Source: Proteromonas lacertae
Lineage: Eukaryota
Assembly: GCA_002245135.1 (NCBI GenBank)
Contig: NGBS01000052.1
Location: 1-42,090 of the forward strand
Length of the DNA stretch: 42,090 bases
Reading direction: 5' to 3'
Each line of letters starts with the position of its first letter. The stretch's first letter is position 1. Position numbers and translations under genes: made by a program. Positions 23,385 to 37,000 of this stretch are shown one piece after another. Under the pieces are notes generated by a model, which did not search any database, had not been told where the DNA came from, and worked only from the letters and a program-made list of their open reading frames with translations.

Positions 23385-24375
23385 CAGGGTTGAATTTATC
23401 GGTTACCGACGGAGATAGGTCAAAACCTATAGGTTTTGCCTTGACCGTCGGTCGGTCAAGCCTTACAAGCCGTATATTATAAAATCTATTTTAATTCATT
23501 ATGTACTAATTTTCCCTTCATAAAAACTATCTTATAATATATTTTAATACTTGATTCATATATTTTCAATTCAATTAAATAATTTTTAACTTTTTATAAA
23601 GAATTACAATTTAATACTCAACAATAATTAGGTATTTTATATAATTATGTTCTTATTTATTTCTACTAATCATCAGTTTCATTTGTAATCTATCACATGA
23701 TAAATTTGATTTGGATAAGTTACTTATTTGTCCAACCTCTGAAAATATTCTTTCTGGCTCTGAAGATGTTGTAATGAATATCATAATGCAAATATTCTTG
23801 TACTTCATTTGGCATAATTAATCTCTTTCTTTTTACTGCAAATGCATTTATCAAGGCTTTTTATCTTTAACATATTATACCAAAAGGTTTTGTAAAAGTT
23901 AAAATTAAGATGTTTAAGCATATTTGCCTCTTTTAAGGCAATAACTTCACGAGCCGCTCCAATTGGTAAAAATATACTCCTAGAATATATAATGATAGAT
24001 TATATTAGATACATTTATGATAATTTTAAGAAATGATTAATGTAAAGCTTAAAGTTTGCCATTTTTTCTTTCAAATTTTTATAATCATTCTGTACTTTAT
24101 ATTACATATATAACACAATAGAATAACTCATTGGTAAGGTTAGATTCAATTATGAAGAAAGAAAAAAGCGCATCGACCGACGGTTAATTCGGTATTTTAT
24201 AGAATGATATATAGAGCTTGAATTCAATATGTACAGTTAGATAATATTATTAATATCACATGTTTAGGAGGAGGTCAGCTAATAGTTACTACAGCCTGGT
24301 GTCGGTCAACATTTATTTATTGACCTACGACCGATCGGTTTTCTCCGTCGGTCATGACCGAATTATACAACCCTG
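23385..24375 (-). mobile_element. Internally deleted hAT element, TIR CAGGGTTG
   Basis: CAGGGTTG...CAACCCTG, repeated GACCG/CGGTC subterminal motifs, remnant TSSEPERIFSEVG at ~23730..23785; TSD not clean. Confidence 0.8.
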
Positions 24376-25287
24376 ATTTAAGGTATAATTTCTAAATTTA
24401 TGTTTTATATAGTTAGATTATAACTTATTTACTTCTAAGATAGAATTGTATTTACTATATATTTATATTCTAATAGATAATTATTAATATCCAGTTAGAA
24501 TATAAGATTAGTATATTTATAATTATTTATATATGTATATAGGATAAGGAAGTGATATAGATAAAATTTTATAAAGGTATATTTTTATAATTATATTTTT
24601 TTAGGATAGGAGAAGGGAAAAGGAGAAGAAGAAAGAATTAATTTAATAATTTAAGTATAATTGTATTTAATTATGTTATTATTATGTTATTATACATAAT
24701 TATATCAATATACAGCTATAGCAGCTGAATATAAAACAATTCTTTGTATCTCCTTAATTAGCAGGAGTTATCAAAAAGTAGTACAATATTGCTATTCACC
24801 TATATGTCCATATTTGGATAAGCACATAATATCACAATTACATTGAATTACATTCCCAAATACGACCCTTTCTTTCTCAATTATTAATAGCTTAAAAGTT
24901 GCTCTTCAAATCATGTTTCTTTATTCTGAAATATTTTTTTCGATTGGTTTCCTTATTCGCTCACACCAGAGCAAAATATCGACTTTTGTGTGAGTTTCGA
25001 TCTGATTTTTTCGCATTTTTGACACTTTGACCTTATTTTTTGAACGCTGCAAAAGGAATTATTTTATAATATTTTAAATAATTATAAGTTTTATCATTAT
25101 TTATCATAATATATAATTAGTTTTACAAAAGAAAGAAATTACCTAAATCAGGTAATTATAAAACTACATTACAGTAAAGTTAAACATATAATAAAAGGTT
25201 CAGCAAAATTTTGTTTCATAATTCTTTATGGTTATCGAGAAAAATCACTTTAAAGTCAAAAAAAACACTTTAAAAATTCTTATCGTG

Positions 25288-25659
25288 TATATCATCAATT
25301 GATTTCATTAACTTCTCTACTAAATTATCTCCTGAATAAGGTTCAAATAATGAATCATTTTCATCATAACTAAATTCATTATAATCTAATAACTCTTTAA
25401 TTGAATCATATATCCTATCTTGTTTAATTGTACCTACGAAAAAATGTACATGTTGTTTTTTCTTATATTTTGGATCAATAATATGTCTTAATATATTGTA
25501 TATCGAAGTAGTTTTTTCACTGTTCTTACGAGCCACAATAAAAATATTGCATAAAGGCTCATTAAAGTAATCATATCCCAGAATTTTCTTAGGATCAAAT
25601 GACTCACCACCATCGTCAGGCTCAATTTGTATGTTATTTATTTTTTCAAATTTAAACAT
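25288..25659 (-). pseudogene. A32-like packaging ATPase of virus 3, N-terminal half (Walker A ARKNSEKTT)
   Basis: Aligns with 3046..3864 (YDYF.EP.CNIFI, FFV.TI..D.IY); cut by the CACTA TIR. Confidence 0.9.
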
Positions 25660-25731
25660 AGTGTGTGTGTATATATTATGTAGTGAGAAATAAAAAAATA
25701 AAAATAGAAGTCAATAATAAAGTATTATTAC

Positions 25732-25953
25732 TTATACTACTTTTTCAACATCCCTTGGTCCAATAATCAATTGTTTACCAGTAATGATATAGAACTTATG
25801 ATGAATTATATATGGATTATGATTAGCATCAAATCGTTGATTTGAGCAATCCAAAGTAATTTTTAAATCACTTGCTAAGTCTTTACCAGCTCTTAATTTT
25901 AATTCAGTTAATCGATCAGTACTGAAATTTAGAACATCAAAAAAGTTGTCTAC
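25732..25953 (-). pseudogene. C-terminal remnant of a third, divergent major capsid gene
   Basis: Manual translation FFDVLNFSTDRLTELKLRAGKDLASDLKITL..HKFYIITGKQLII..KVV* matches the end of 3930..4376. Confidence 0.88.
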
Positions 25954-26059
25954 ATATATTCATTTGATCATAAAGCTCGTTTAATTGAATTGAAGTATAA
26001 TAATGTATATATTTATTACTCATATGATGAATAAAACAATCATCAATTCTTTTTAAAGG

Positions 26060-26185
26060 TGTTGTGCGCCGTTTGTCAGAGTTGGCCGTTTGCCTACCAG
26101 ACACTTTCAAAACAAACTAAATACATATTCTTACTTGTCTTGATGAAAAATTGTTACTTTTATTTTAACATTTTGTATATGATAG
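26060..26185 (+). mobile_element. Solo TIR of the 10251 MITE family
   Basis: ~100 nt close match to 10251..10355. Confidence 0.85.
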
Positions 26186-26700
26186 ACATGTCAAGATATG
26201 ACTTAATTAGTCTATGTAACAAATTTATTTACATAATCTATTAATACATTTTAAGTACATGAATAATATAATATATTATCTTACAACTCACTTCTGTTGT
26301 TGATATAATTAAAAAAATGTAACTAAAAACTTGAATTTTCTTCCCTTATTTGCACGAAAATCGATATTTTGATATAAATACTTGTTTTATGTGCACATTT
26401 TTTTCATCTAAATCTATAATTTTAGTTACAAAGTTAATATCTACAATATAAACAGATATAAAATCTTTAATCGACATGATTCTCAAAGCTACAACAAATT
26501 AATGTATTTCATATTTCAATGCCTTCTATAAAAATCATTCATTTCAGTGTGTAGCCAATTACAATAGATTTTTAACACTTAGCTTCTTTTGTATAAATTA
26601 CAAAATTATAATTTATGTGTTGTTTTTTGTTTTATATAATAGTATCAATGATTATGAAATGATACACATAAGTCACAGAAGAAAATTGAGAAGTGAAAAA

Positions 26701-26758
26701 TGTCTCCTAGACAAACGGCGTATTTCTAAATCTTCTCACGCCGTTTGTCTAGGAGACA
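26701..26758. repeat. Hairpin with 21 bp perfect arms (TGTCTCCTAGACAAACGGCGT)
   Basis: Arms 26701..~26721 and ~26738..26758; shares CGCCGTTTGTC with the MITE TIR. Confidence 0.85.
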
Positions 26759-26923
26759 CTTTTGATTTCTCATATTTCATATATGAGATAATCATAATAT
26801 ATTATTAACAAATATAACAAAATTGAAATCAGAAAATAAGTTGAAACAACATTCAACTCAAATCTTTTTCCAAAATTGGTTTTTATGGTATGTGGATGTG
26901 TTTACCTAACAAACACATTGTAA

Positions 26924-29093
26924 TTATATAAAGAAAATGTTTCTTTTGTTGTAAATGTAAAATAAATTAGCTTTTTCTTCGTTATTTAAACTTTCAATAC
27001 CTTCAATTAAATCATCAATGAAGTATTTTATATTAAAACTTTCTTTATTTTGAATCTTTGTTATTTCCAAATTATTCAATCTTTGTATAAATATGGGATA
27101 TGGAGTAATGGGTAGTTTGAATAACATCTCAGTATTTAATAATTCTTTTATCTTTTCATTCAACTTTTGTTTATTGAATATTTTCTACTGCAAATGCCCC
27201 AGTATCTACTGTTTGAGTTTCACCTGCTTCAATATCGATTTGGGTTGGTTCTATTGTGAATATTCCATCATCATTTTTCATTGACAAATCAACTGTTGTA
27301 GAAAATATTCCATTATTGCTGAATTAAATTGTTTCACAATTACTAGCTTTTAAAGATGGATTGTTTTCTCTCATATTTATGTTTTTGCCTATTAATAATT
27401 GACCAAATTCATAATATCCTTTGTTCTTAATTTATCTCTTACTTATTATTTGTTATTCATTCTTTTGTTTTATTTTTAATGGCAATTCTTCATCAGGTTC
27501 TAATTTCCATCTTGTGGCATTATTTTCATCTATTAATTTATAATTACTTGTTGGTATTAAGGGTTTTCTTGGAATTTGCTTCTTAACTAATTGGAATACT
27601 ACTGGAGGTGGAACTTTCCAATCTCCATATGTATTAAACAATGGAACTGTTTCTTTGATTTCTTGAATTATTATATCAATATCACTTTCACCATTGTTAT
27701 TGATTATATCACATAATAAACCAACTCCAAATGGTGGAGGAGGAGGTGTGGTGGTTTTTCTTTTTTACCTTTCTATGAGTTTTTATCTCCTTTCTCATCA
27801 ATTGATTTACTTCTTTTTCCTCCTTTCTTTGGATCAGGTAAAGTTGATCTTTCTTCTACTACTGGTTCTGGTTCTTCAGGTGGTGGTAATTCCACTGCCA
27901 ATTTATCACCTACATTTCTTACTTCAGTTTGAATTACATTATAATCTTTATATTATACAATAAGTTATTCCTCCTTGTACTTTGATTGGAATTGCTAAAT
28001 CATATCTTCCATAAGGTAAATCAGATTTCGCTGTAATACTAGCTGTAAATGTCACTGTTGAACTTTCTAGTAATCTTTTCACTTCATCTGGAGTTAATGT
28101 ATATCCACTCTCTTTTAAAGTTCTTCTTTCTATTCCGAAATTCACTGGTAAATTACCTATGTTAGTTATTGTAAATGTCTTCATCTTACTATCAATTCGA
28201 ACTACATTACCAAAATCTACTACAACCTAAATGTAAATTAGATATTTTCTTATTCGCCATTTTTGTTGTTTTGCCTGTTTTATTACTGATATTTGTTAAA
28301 CCAGTTTCAGGTGTTTTTGTGGTTTTATCAACTACTCCTTCACTTTTTGAACCATTTACAGATGTTCCATTTAATTCTTTCTCTTTTCGAGCTAAACATA
28401 AATCAACAGGATTTTGATTGTTTATTTCATCTAATAATAAATCAATATAATATAATCTTAATGCTTTAAATTCTCTATCAACTGTGATTTGTAATCCTGT
28501 TGTATTCTTTCCTGAAGGTAATTTGTTCGTATTTGTTCGTATTTATCATTCTGTTGTAAATTCTTACTTCTGACAGAAACTGATTTTTGACTATTTACTC
28601 TTGCAGATTACTGTTTCTTGTTTTCATCTTTTTCTTTTTCTTTAGATTTTTCTTCTTCTGCATTTGTATTTGCTATTGTTGGTTCTTCACTATGTGGTGC
28701 TAATTCTCCTTCTAGTTTTGGTTCTGGTGGTAATTCTTTTAACCATGTGTTGGTGAATTAACTGGAACTCCATCTACAATTATTGGCTTTTCAGCTTCAA
28801 CTGGTTTTTCTTTTTCTTCTTCTGTTGATGGTTGTTCTGGTTTTTGTTGTTGTGTTTCTTCTCCTTCAGTATTTATAATAGTGTTAACATTACTTTCATC
28901 TATTGAAGATTCTACTACTTCAGGTAAAGATGGTTGTTGTTTGATTGGTGATGGTAAAGCTAGGAATGATAATGGATGTTCTGTATTGGATAATTCAATC
29001 AATCTATCAGCTTCTTCTAAGTAATATTCTCAATTATCTGGTATTCAGCATCATTCGCTTTGATATTTGCATAAATACCTGTTATATAAAGTA
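26924..29093 (-). pseudogene. HYDIN: Second set of fragmented HYDIN-like pieces
   Basis: FTITNIGNLPVNF..IPIKVQGG and VPPPVVFQLVKK..TRWKLEP segments; includes the duplicate of 1..758. Confidence 0.6.
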
Positions 29094-29570
29094 AATTGAC
29101 ATAATTTGAATATATACAGTAAAATAAACTGATTAAAGTTAGCTAAATTTTAATATCCATTAATTCACATAAATTTCAAATTCAAATCAAGCTAAATGCT
29201 TGACTAAATTTATATTTTTTCATTTTTCTCTTGAAATAACAAAATAATTAGAATGAAAACTGGAGGTCCAATGTCCAGTTATTATGTACAAGAAATTTAT
29301 ATACAAAATTCTTATAATTATTCTAATGATTAACATTGATGATGTCTAAATACCACACACAATTCAGAAAAGATAAAATAATTAATAATAGTCAGACAAA
29401 TTTCAATGAGATTCATGGCGCTATTAGAAACAGCCTGTTCAAAATTTGAGCAGTTGCACAAAATAGAACTTTTCCCCAAAATAATAATTGTCTTCAAATT
29501 AACTCTTTTTCTCGAACCCAAAAACAAATATAAAAAGTAAGTAATTTAGATATTTTAGAAATAGTATAAA

Positions 29571-31079
29571 TTACTTCTTATCATGAACAATATAATTTGG
29601 TTTAACTAATTGAGCAGGTCTTAAAATACTCTTTACTTCTTCCTCGCTCAAGAAGTTCAATTCAACTAACACATCACCAACAGATTTATTTTCTTTCAAT
29701 GCTTTCTTAGCTGCTTGAGTACAGTTCTTATATCCAATATATGGTAATAAACAAGTAACAATGCCAATTGAATTCTTAACCATATCATAACACTTCTCTT
29801 TATTAGCTGTAATTCCTTCAACACATTTTGTTCTTAAAGTTCTAATAGCTCTACATAACATATTAGTTGATTGGAATATGTTAAAGATAATAACAGGTTC
29901 CATAACATTCAATTCCAATTGTCCAGCTTGAGATGCTAATGTAACAGTTTCATCAGCACCAATTATTTGAAAGCAGGTTTGATTGACAACTTCTGGAATA
30001 ACTGGATTGACTTTACCAGGCATAATTGAAGATCCTGGAGCCATAGCTGGAAGATTGATTTCATTCAAACCACATCGTGGACCAGATGACATTAATCTTA
30101 AATCATTACATATCTGAGATGTTTTTACGGCTAATCTTCTAATAACAGTGTGAAATAATAACATTGTACCAGTGGATGAAGATGCAGCAACTAAATTATC
30201 AGCTAATTCAATAGGTAAGTTTGTAATATTTCGTAACTTTGGAACAACAGTATTACTGAATTGTGGATGAGATGCTGTTTTTGTACCAATTGCAGTTCCT
30301 CCTAAGTTGACAAATACTAATTTATCTAATACTTTCTTTAAGATAGATAAATCACTTTCAAGGGTTCTAGCATAACCATAGAACTCCTGTTTCATTGTCA
30401 TTGGCACTGCATCTTGTAATTGTGTTCTACCCATTTTAATTACATCTTCAAATTCATCTCCTTTGTTCTTTAAAGATATAATTAAAGCATTTAACTCTCT
30501 CACTAATTTCTTGTTTTCTAAGGCTATACCTATTTTTGCTGCACTTGGGTATGTATCGTTGGTAGATTGACATTTATTTACATCATCATTTGGACTTAAA
30601 TATTGATATTCTCCTTTCTCGTGTTTTAAAATTTCTAATGCACGATTTGCCATAACTTCGTTGACATTCATGTTTGTTGAAGTACCAGCACCTCCTTGAA
30701 TCATATCAATTAAAAATTGATCTCTATATTTTCCAGCTAAGATTTCATCACAAGCTTTACAGATAGCTTCACTATTCTCACGTTTTATTATTCCCAATTC
30801 ACCATTTGCTTCTGCACATGCTTTTTTAATCATAGCAAAAGCTCGAATAAAGTTTGGAAAGTGATTAAGCTTAACTCCTGTTATATTATAATTTTCAATG
30901 CCTCTCATGGTTTGCACGCCATAATATGCATCTTCTGGAACTCTTTTTTCACCGATTAAATCGCTTTCAACTCTTACACCAAATGATCTACTCTATATGG
31001 ATATAATTAACAATACAAATACAACTTTAAAAGTACTACGAATTATTCTTCTTGATGGGGTTAAGAACTTTGATAACAT
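29571..31079 (-). CDS. aspA: Aspartate ammonia-lyase with mitochondrial-type presequence, 492 aa (exons 31079-31023, 30992-29571)
   Basis: QGGAGTSTNMN, KMGRTQLQDA, GSSIMPGKVNPVIPE, GQLELNVMEP; 30 nt intron; MLSKFLTPSRRIIRSTFKVSRSF leader. Confidence 0.93.
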
Positions 31080-31181
31080 TGAAAAATTAAATAAAAAATC
31101 CAAAAACACAATCTTCGATTGTTACTATAGTTATCGATTGTTTAACGATTGTTTGAGTTTTAATTTTTAAAATTTAAATTT
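31080..31181. promoter_or_regulatory. 102 bp bidirectional promoter with three CGATTGTT motifs
   Basis: Lies between divergent ATGs; motif at ~31116, ~31136 and ~31146. Confidence 0.55.
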
Positions 31182-33531
31182 ATGTTAAGTAAACCACCAC
31201 CACCACCACCTGTACCTCCAAAATTATATGTGTATATCTCAAATATTGCATTGTGAGTTAGAAATGCAAGAAAAACTGGTTCATTAAACATATCTTGTCT
31301 TGGATTATCTATAATACCTGATGATGTTTTCCATATTTATGATAATGTATAATGCATATTTTTAATATACTTTTAATAGTTATCAGAAGTAAGTAAATTG
31401 ATATTATTAATAGGGAGAGAATTGGTGGGAAATAGTCGATTTACATAAATTAGATATGTGGTATATATACAAATTATTGTTTTATTTTACTATATTTCAT
31501 AGTCGAAACGAATTAACAGTAATTCCAGATCAAATTTCAGCATTATCTGCATTAGTGTTATTAAATATATCATTCAATCAAATATCAGCAATTAGTGAAC
31601 AATTGTATTGTTTGACAGACTTAAAATCACTTGATTTATCTCAGTATATATCTATTGAAAAAATATTATTAACATTATCATCAATAGTAACAAAATTACA
31701 ACTGTTTCAGATTGTATTGGTGAGTTGAAAAACCTTGATTTACTAAATCTATCCTATAACTCAATAGTAAATACAATAACTCCTTCAATATGTCTATTAA
31801 GTGATTTAGAAGTATTAGATTTAAGTTATAATCAATTAAAAGTCCTTCCAAATGAAATATGTTTATTAACCAAATTGACCAAAGTGATTTTGTCTAACAA
31901 TTTATTACAATCTTTACCATATTCATTTAGCGAATTAACATTACTAGAAACAATAGAATTATGTCATAACAAACTTCAATCTTTACCATCTTTTTCAAAA
32001 ATGAAGAATTTAATCATAATTAATTTAAAAGAAAATCAATTGAATGAATTATCAGAATTTCCATCATCAAACAATCTACAGATGTTATACTTAGATTTTA
32101 ATAATTTAAAACAGCTTAATACAGATATGTTAAAGAATATACCAAATTTACATACATTAAGTGTAAAAGATAATAAATTATCCGTTTTACCACCTAATAT
32201 AACATCTCTCCAAGAATTGAATCAATTAGACATAAGTAACAATGACATAACTGATTTACCAAATGAGTTAGGTTTAATGTATAATTTACAGAAGATAATT
32301 GTCGATGGAAATCCTATTAAAAGAATCAGACAAAACTTATTATTAGGAAGTTGTGAGAATTTGAAAAAATATTTAAAGTCAAGATTACCTACTGAAGTAT
32401 TAGAAAAAGAGATAGATAAAGTTGAACCTGATGAAATTGTATATAGAAATGCTGTTCAGAATGGAATAATTGATTATCAAAATCAGAAATTGAAGATTGT
32501 TCCTGATGTATTTCGTGAGAAACAAGTTATATTAACATCAACAGAAATATTATTAAACAACAATTTGATAAATGAAATACCTGATTATTTTCAGTATTAT
32601 AGTAATGTAAAGAAAGTGATGTTACAATATAATAATATTCAGTATTTTCCAGTAGTTTTATTAACTTTGCCAAGATTAGAAATTATAGATTTAAGTTATA
32701 ATCAGTTAAGTAATTATACTACAGTAAATTTGAATGTAATATATCCTGCATATGAGAATTTAACATCAATCAATTTAACTAGAAATTTTTTATTAGATTT
32801 TCCGTTGTTCTTATATCAATGTAAAAAATTAACAACTGTACAATTAGGGTTTAATAAAATACAGTACATAGAACCGCATGGATTTATATCATTATGCAAT
32901 ATTCATTATTTATATTTGAATGATAATCATATTAAAGAAATACCAAAATCAATTATTTGTTTTGATAAATTACATACTATAAATGTTGAGAATAATGATA
33001 TATACAACTTTCCTTATGAAATATGCTTTTGTGATGGTATACAGAATATACAGTTAAGTGGAAATCCACAAAAGATTGTATAATTTATTATTATATTGTT
33101 TTGTTATTGAATAGATTCGTTATGAATATTTATCAAAGCCATGTGAGTTTATAAAGAAGTATATTAAAGATAGATTAAGTCAAGAAAAGGTAAATGAGTT
33201 ATATGGTTTAAAGAATAAATATCAGGAAATAAAAACAAATCTTGGATTAGGCGATATTCAAAAACCACAACATTTACAACAACAAAGACAAATAACCAAC
33301 AATTTGAAATATGAACTACCTGAAAGAGACAATAGTGAAGTAATAAATAAAATAAAAGGAATTGAAGAGAAAATGAATTCTTTACAAAATGAAATTGAAA
33401 CTCCTGGATTATCATCAGCTAAAATGTATTGTTATTTTAATTAAATTATTAATAGATTTGCACTTAAGAAGGATCTTGCTTTGTTAAGAGCAAATAAGAT
33501 AAAATTAGAAAGATCTATCTCAAAGATTTAA
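31182..33531 (+). CDS. LRRC40: Multi-exon leucine-rich repeat protein, LRRC40-like
   Basis: NARKTGSLNIS and NWWEIVDLHKLD in 5' exons, two LRR blocks with GNPIKRIR..LKKYLKSR; exact exon borders not all resolved. Confidence 0.75.
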
Positions 33532-34075
33532 ATTATTCTTATTTTTCTGTTTTATTTAACAAGCTAATTATTGTTATAAGAAACCTTATAGAAATAATTT
33601 ATGGGAATTTTTTTTAAACCTAGATTAAAATTTTTACCATTTCTTTTATTTTCTAACTTACTCCCTAGAAAATGGATTCATCTAGAAGAGGATAGAAGAA
33701 AAACCAAAATGTTAAAACGCTTAACATTTTATAAATTTCTTGTCATTTTATAACCTTAGTGTATTTACATTGAGTTAGAAAAATCAGCTTGTGCAATTCA
33801 TCAAAGTTTAACATGCTAAATTAATTATGAAAAGTTAATTGCTATCAAACATCAAGATACTTTGGATAAGAATGACTACATAATTTTGTATTTCTATGAT
33901 GATAAACCATTAATTCCTCCACTACAATCTAAAATACATTATCTGATATGAATAATATATACTATTTTTAATGTTTGAAAAAAGAAAAAAGAAAAGATGA
34001 GTTCAAGCCTCGCTCAAGCCTACTCTTTAAATTCTTTTTTAAATAAGCTGTTGTTAAAGTTAATAATAATATATA

Positions 34076-37000
34076 CAGTCAAAAACCTTTAACTTGAATT
34101 TTTATAACTTGAACCATTTTTCTTTCAAAGTTTTTGCATTTTGTGTTAAGTTGGGGTATTTAATTTTAAAACTTTTCTTTGTTACATAACATTCTCTACA
34201 AGTATTATTATTTTATAGCTCATTTAAAATAAATGAGTAAATGTTTAATATATTATGAAGTATATAGCTTCTATTTTATTTCTATAGGTATGCAGAATAA
34301 TAAAAATGGTTATTTGATAGAGATTAGAAATTATAAGAAATATTTGGGAGTAGTTTGGGAATTAAATTATTTATTATAGTAGATTGAGACTTAGTATTTG
34401 TGTTGATGGTAATTGGAGTGAATATAGTAAATGTTTTTTTGACTTTCGATAATGTTCTAAGAATAAGTGAAATCAACCTCAGAAACTGATAATAAATGAA
34501 GTAAATGGAGTAAATGCAATGAATATTCAGCTTAATAAGAAAAGAATAATCTATAATTACACATTACCTTCAGAAAATACCAAATAATGTGATGTCTATA
34601 CAGTTGAATGAAATGTAAGCTGTAAAACCACTGTTCTGGTTGATGAAAAATGATATATGCTAGTATAATCACAACATTACTATTAGTTATGATGTAAAAC
34701 ATAATTGTTGGAAATAATGCACATAAGTTATTCAGAAATAGTGTATGAGATAAGACAATACATTTAATAATGTAAATTGGTTGATATATATCTTTCAATT
34801 GAATGATTAGAAGTAAATATGGAGTAATAGGTTTTTAATTAAAAAGAATCTAATTTGAAATGAATAATGTTATTGATGTATATAGAGATGAAGAAGTTAG
34901 AAAATCGAAAATAAATAGTGAAACAGTAATTTAAATCCGTAATTTTTTTTATATTGTTGTTATAATTGTTATGCTGATTTGATGTAATAAACAATAAAGT
35001 GCTAATTTAATAAATGGTACATACAAGCTTGATGATCAATTTCTGCGTAGATATTCTCAACATCTATTGACGATGTTGACACAAAATATGAATTTTATTT
35101 CACTAAATAAGACTAGACTACATATATTCCTTTTCTTTTCTCTTGGCTCGGCTTGATTTTTTTGAACAAAGCGCCTTTTATGTCTTGTCAAAACTCAACT
35201 ATTACTAGAAAATGCAATAATAGAACATTAGCAGAGAAAGCAGAGGCTGTATATGAGCTTGATAACAAGAAAACAACAAGAGCTAAGGTGAGGGCAAAAT
35301 TGAATGTTGTTAACTCTACGATTACTAACTGGCTTTATAATAGAGATACAATAATGAAGTATTTTGACTGTGATAAATACATGGCTACTATTAAAAGAGA
35401 AAAAAAAACACAAAACCCTGAATTGGAAAAAGGTTTGAAGATATGGTTTGATGAAGCTTATAAAAAACTACCTTTGACACATATTCCTGTCACGAAAAGT
35501 TTATTATTAAGTGAAGCTAGGATACTAAACAAGAATAATGTAGGTAAAGCTATAGTAAGTCAAAGCTATATAGATGGATTCATGAAAAGAAATGGTTTAT
35601 CTTGTATCGTATTACATGGAGAAGCTTCCTCTGTAGGTACTGTGAATCTAAAGCCAATACAAGATGTAATGAGTCAATATGAGCCTAAATATATCTTCAA
35701 TATGGATGAAACCTCACTATTTTACCAGCAATTACCTCAAAAATGTGTTGTAAAAAATGTAGAAAAATCAGATTTTCGAGGTTTTAAGATGTCTAAACAA
35801 CGAATATCTATAGCAGTCACAGTCAACATGGATAACAGTGTATATATTCCATTATTGTTCATTGGAAAGGCCAAAAAACCAAACTGTTTCAGTGATGTTC
35901 CGAAATGTTATACCAGTCAACATCATGCTTGGATGGATTCGACTGTTTTCATTTATTGGATTGATGAAATATTTATGCCAGCAGTAACGTCAACATTAGG
36001 AGATAGTAAAATATTATTAATAATGGATAACTTCAGTGGACATCCGAAAGAATTATCAAAAGAAAAGTATAAAAATTTGGAAATCATATATTTACCCCCA
36101 AATACAACTGCTAAATTACAGCCTCTAGATCAAGGTATCATTAGTGCTTTGAAGGGCAATTACAAGACATCAATCCTCAATGAATGTGTGAAAACTATTG
36201 ACAATTTCGAAGAAATTAGACGAATAAAAGTAAAAAATGGAATGGGTGGATTGAAATTTGGTAAAACTCCTAATATTGCAGATTCGATTGTTTATATGAC
36301 AACTGTATTTAATGAAATGAAATCTTCAACAGTAATCAATTGCTGGAAACAGTCAACAATACCTACTGTAACTCAAATGGCGAAGCTCGAAAGAGTTCTA
36401 GAATTATTACCACCAGAAGAAGACCATAGTGTAAAATTAAGGTTAGCATTGGCTGATATTATTGAAAAAATAAAGGTTTTAAATCCTATAAACAGTAAAA
36501 GTACATTCATTACAGGTACTTCATTATATTCTGCAACTAGAATTGAAGATCTTTGTCCATTTATGCATTTTGAAGAGTCTCCAGCCTTTCAAGTTTCAGT
36601 CATTAATGACACTTCGATGAATATCACTGAAAATATTATAGATAGTGACAAAAAAGAAGAATTAATGACAACAAAATTCAAAAGAAAACTTAATAAACTA
36701 TACAGATCATGTTGCAATATGAATGACGTTAAGAAACAAAGGATATCAAAATGTTTTGACGAATTAAAAACCAATTTATAGATTAATACTATAATTTTTA
36801 CATCATATTTTATTTGTTAATTGTTTTTTGGAGGGTTTAACTATAAAATATCAATCAATAAAATAAGTAGAAGGTGTTGATATGGTTATTTTATTATGTA
36901 GATGCCTAGATGTGGTTATAAAGACAAGAATTCTAAGTATAAAAAAATTTGATCGTTTCATTTTTTATAAAACTGTAATACTTAATATAACTAGATTATA

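Larger units (their letters stand above)
16787..25287 (-). mobile_element. CACTA/EnSpm (CMC) DNA transposon, TIR CACGATAAGAAT, TSD TA, with nested insertions
   Basis: 12 bp perfect TIRs, TA on both sides; excision restores the ATPase frame; internal transposase remnants. Confidence 0.9.

Noticed and set aside
26059..26244. 61 aa ORF
   Set aside because: Lies on a MITE terminal repeat
29571..30917. Bacterial contamination or fumarase C
   Set aside because: Has a spliceosomal-type intron and presequence; QGGAGTS and GQLELN fit aspartase better
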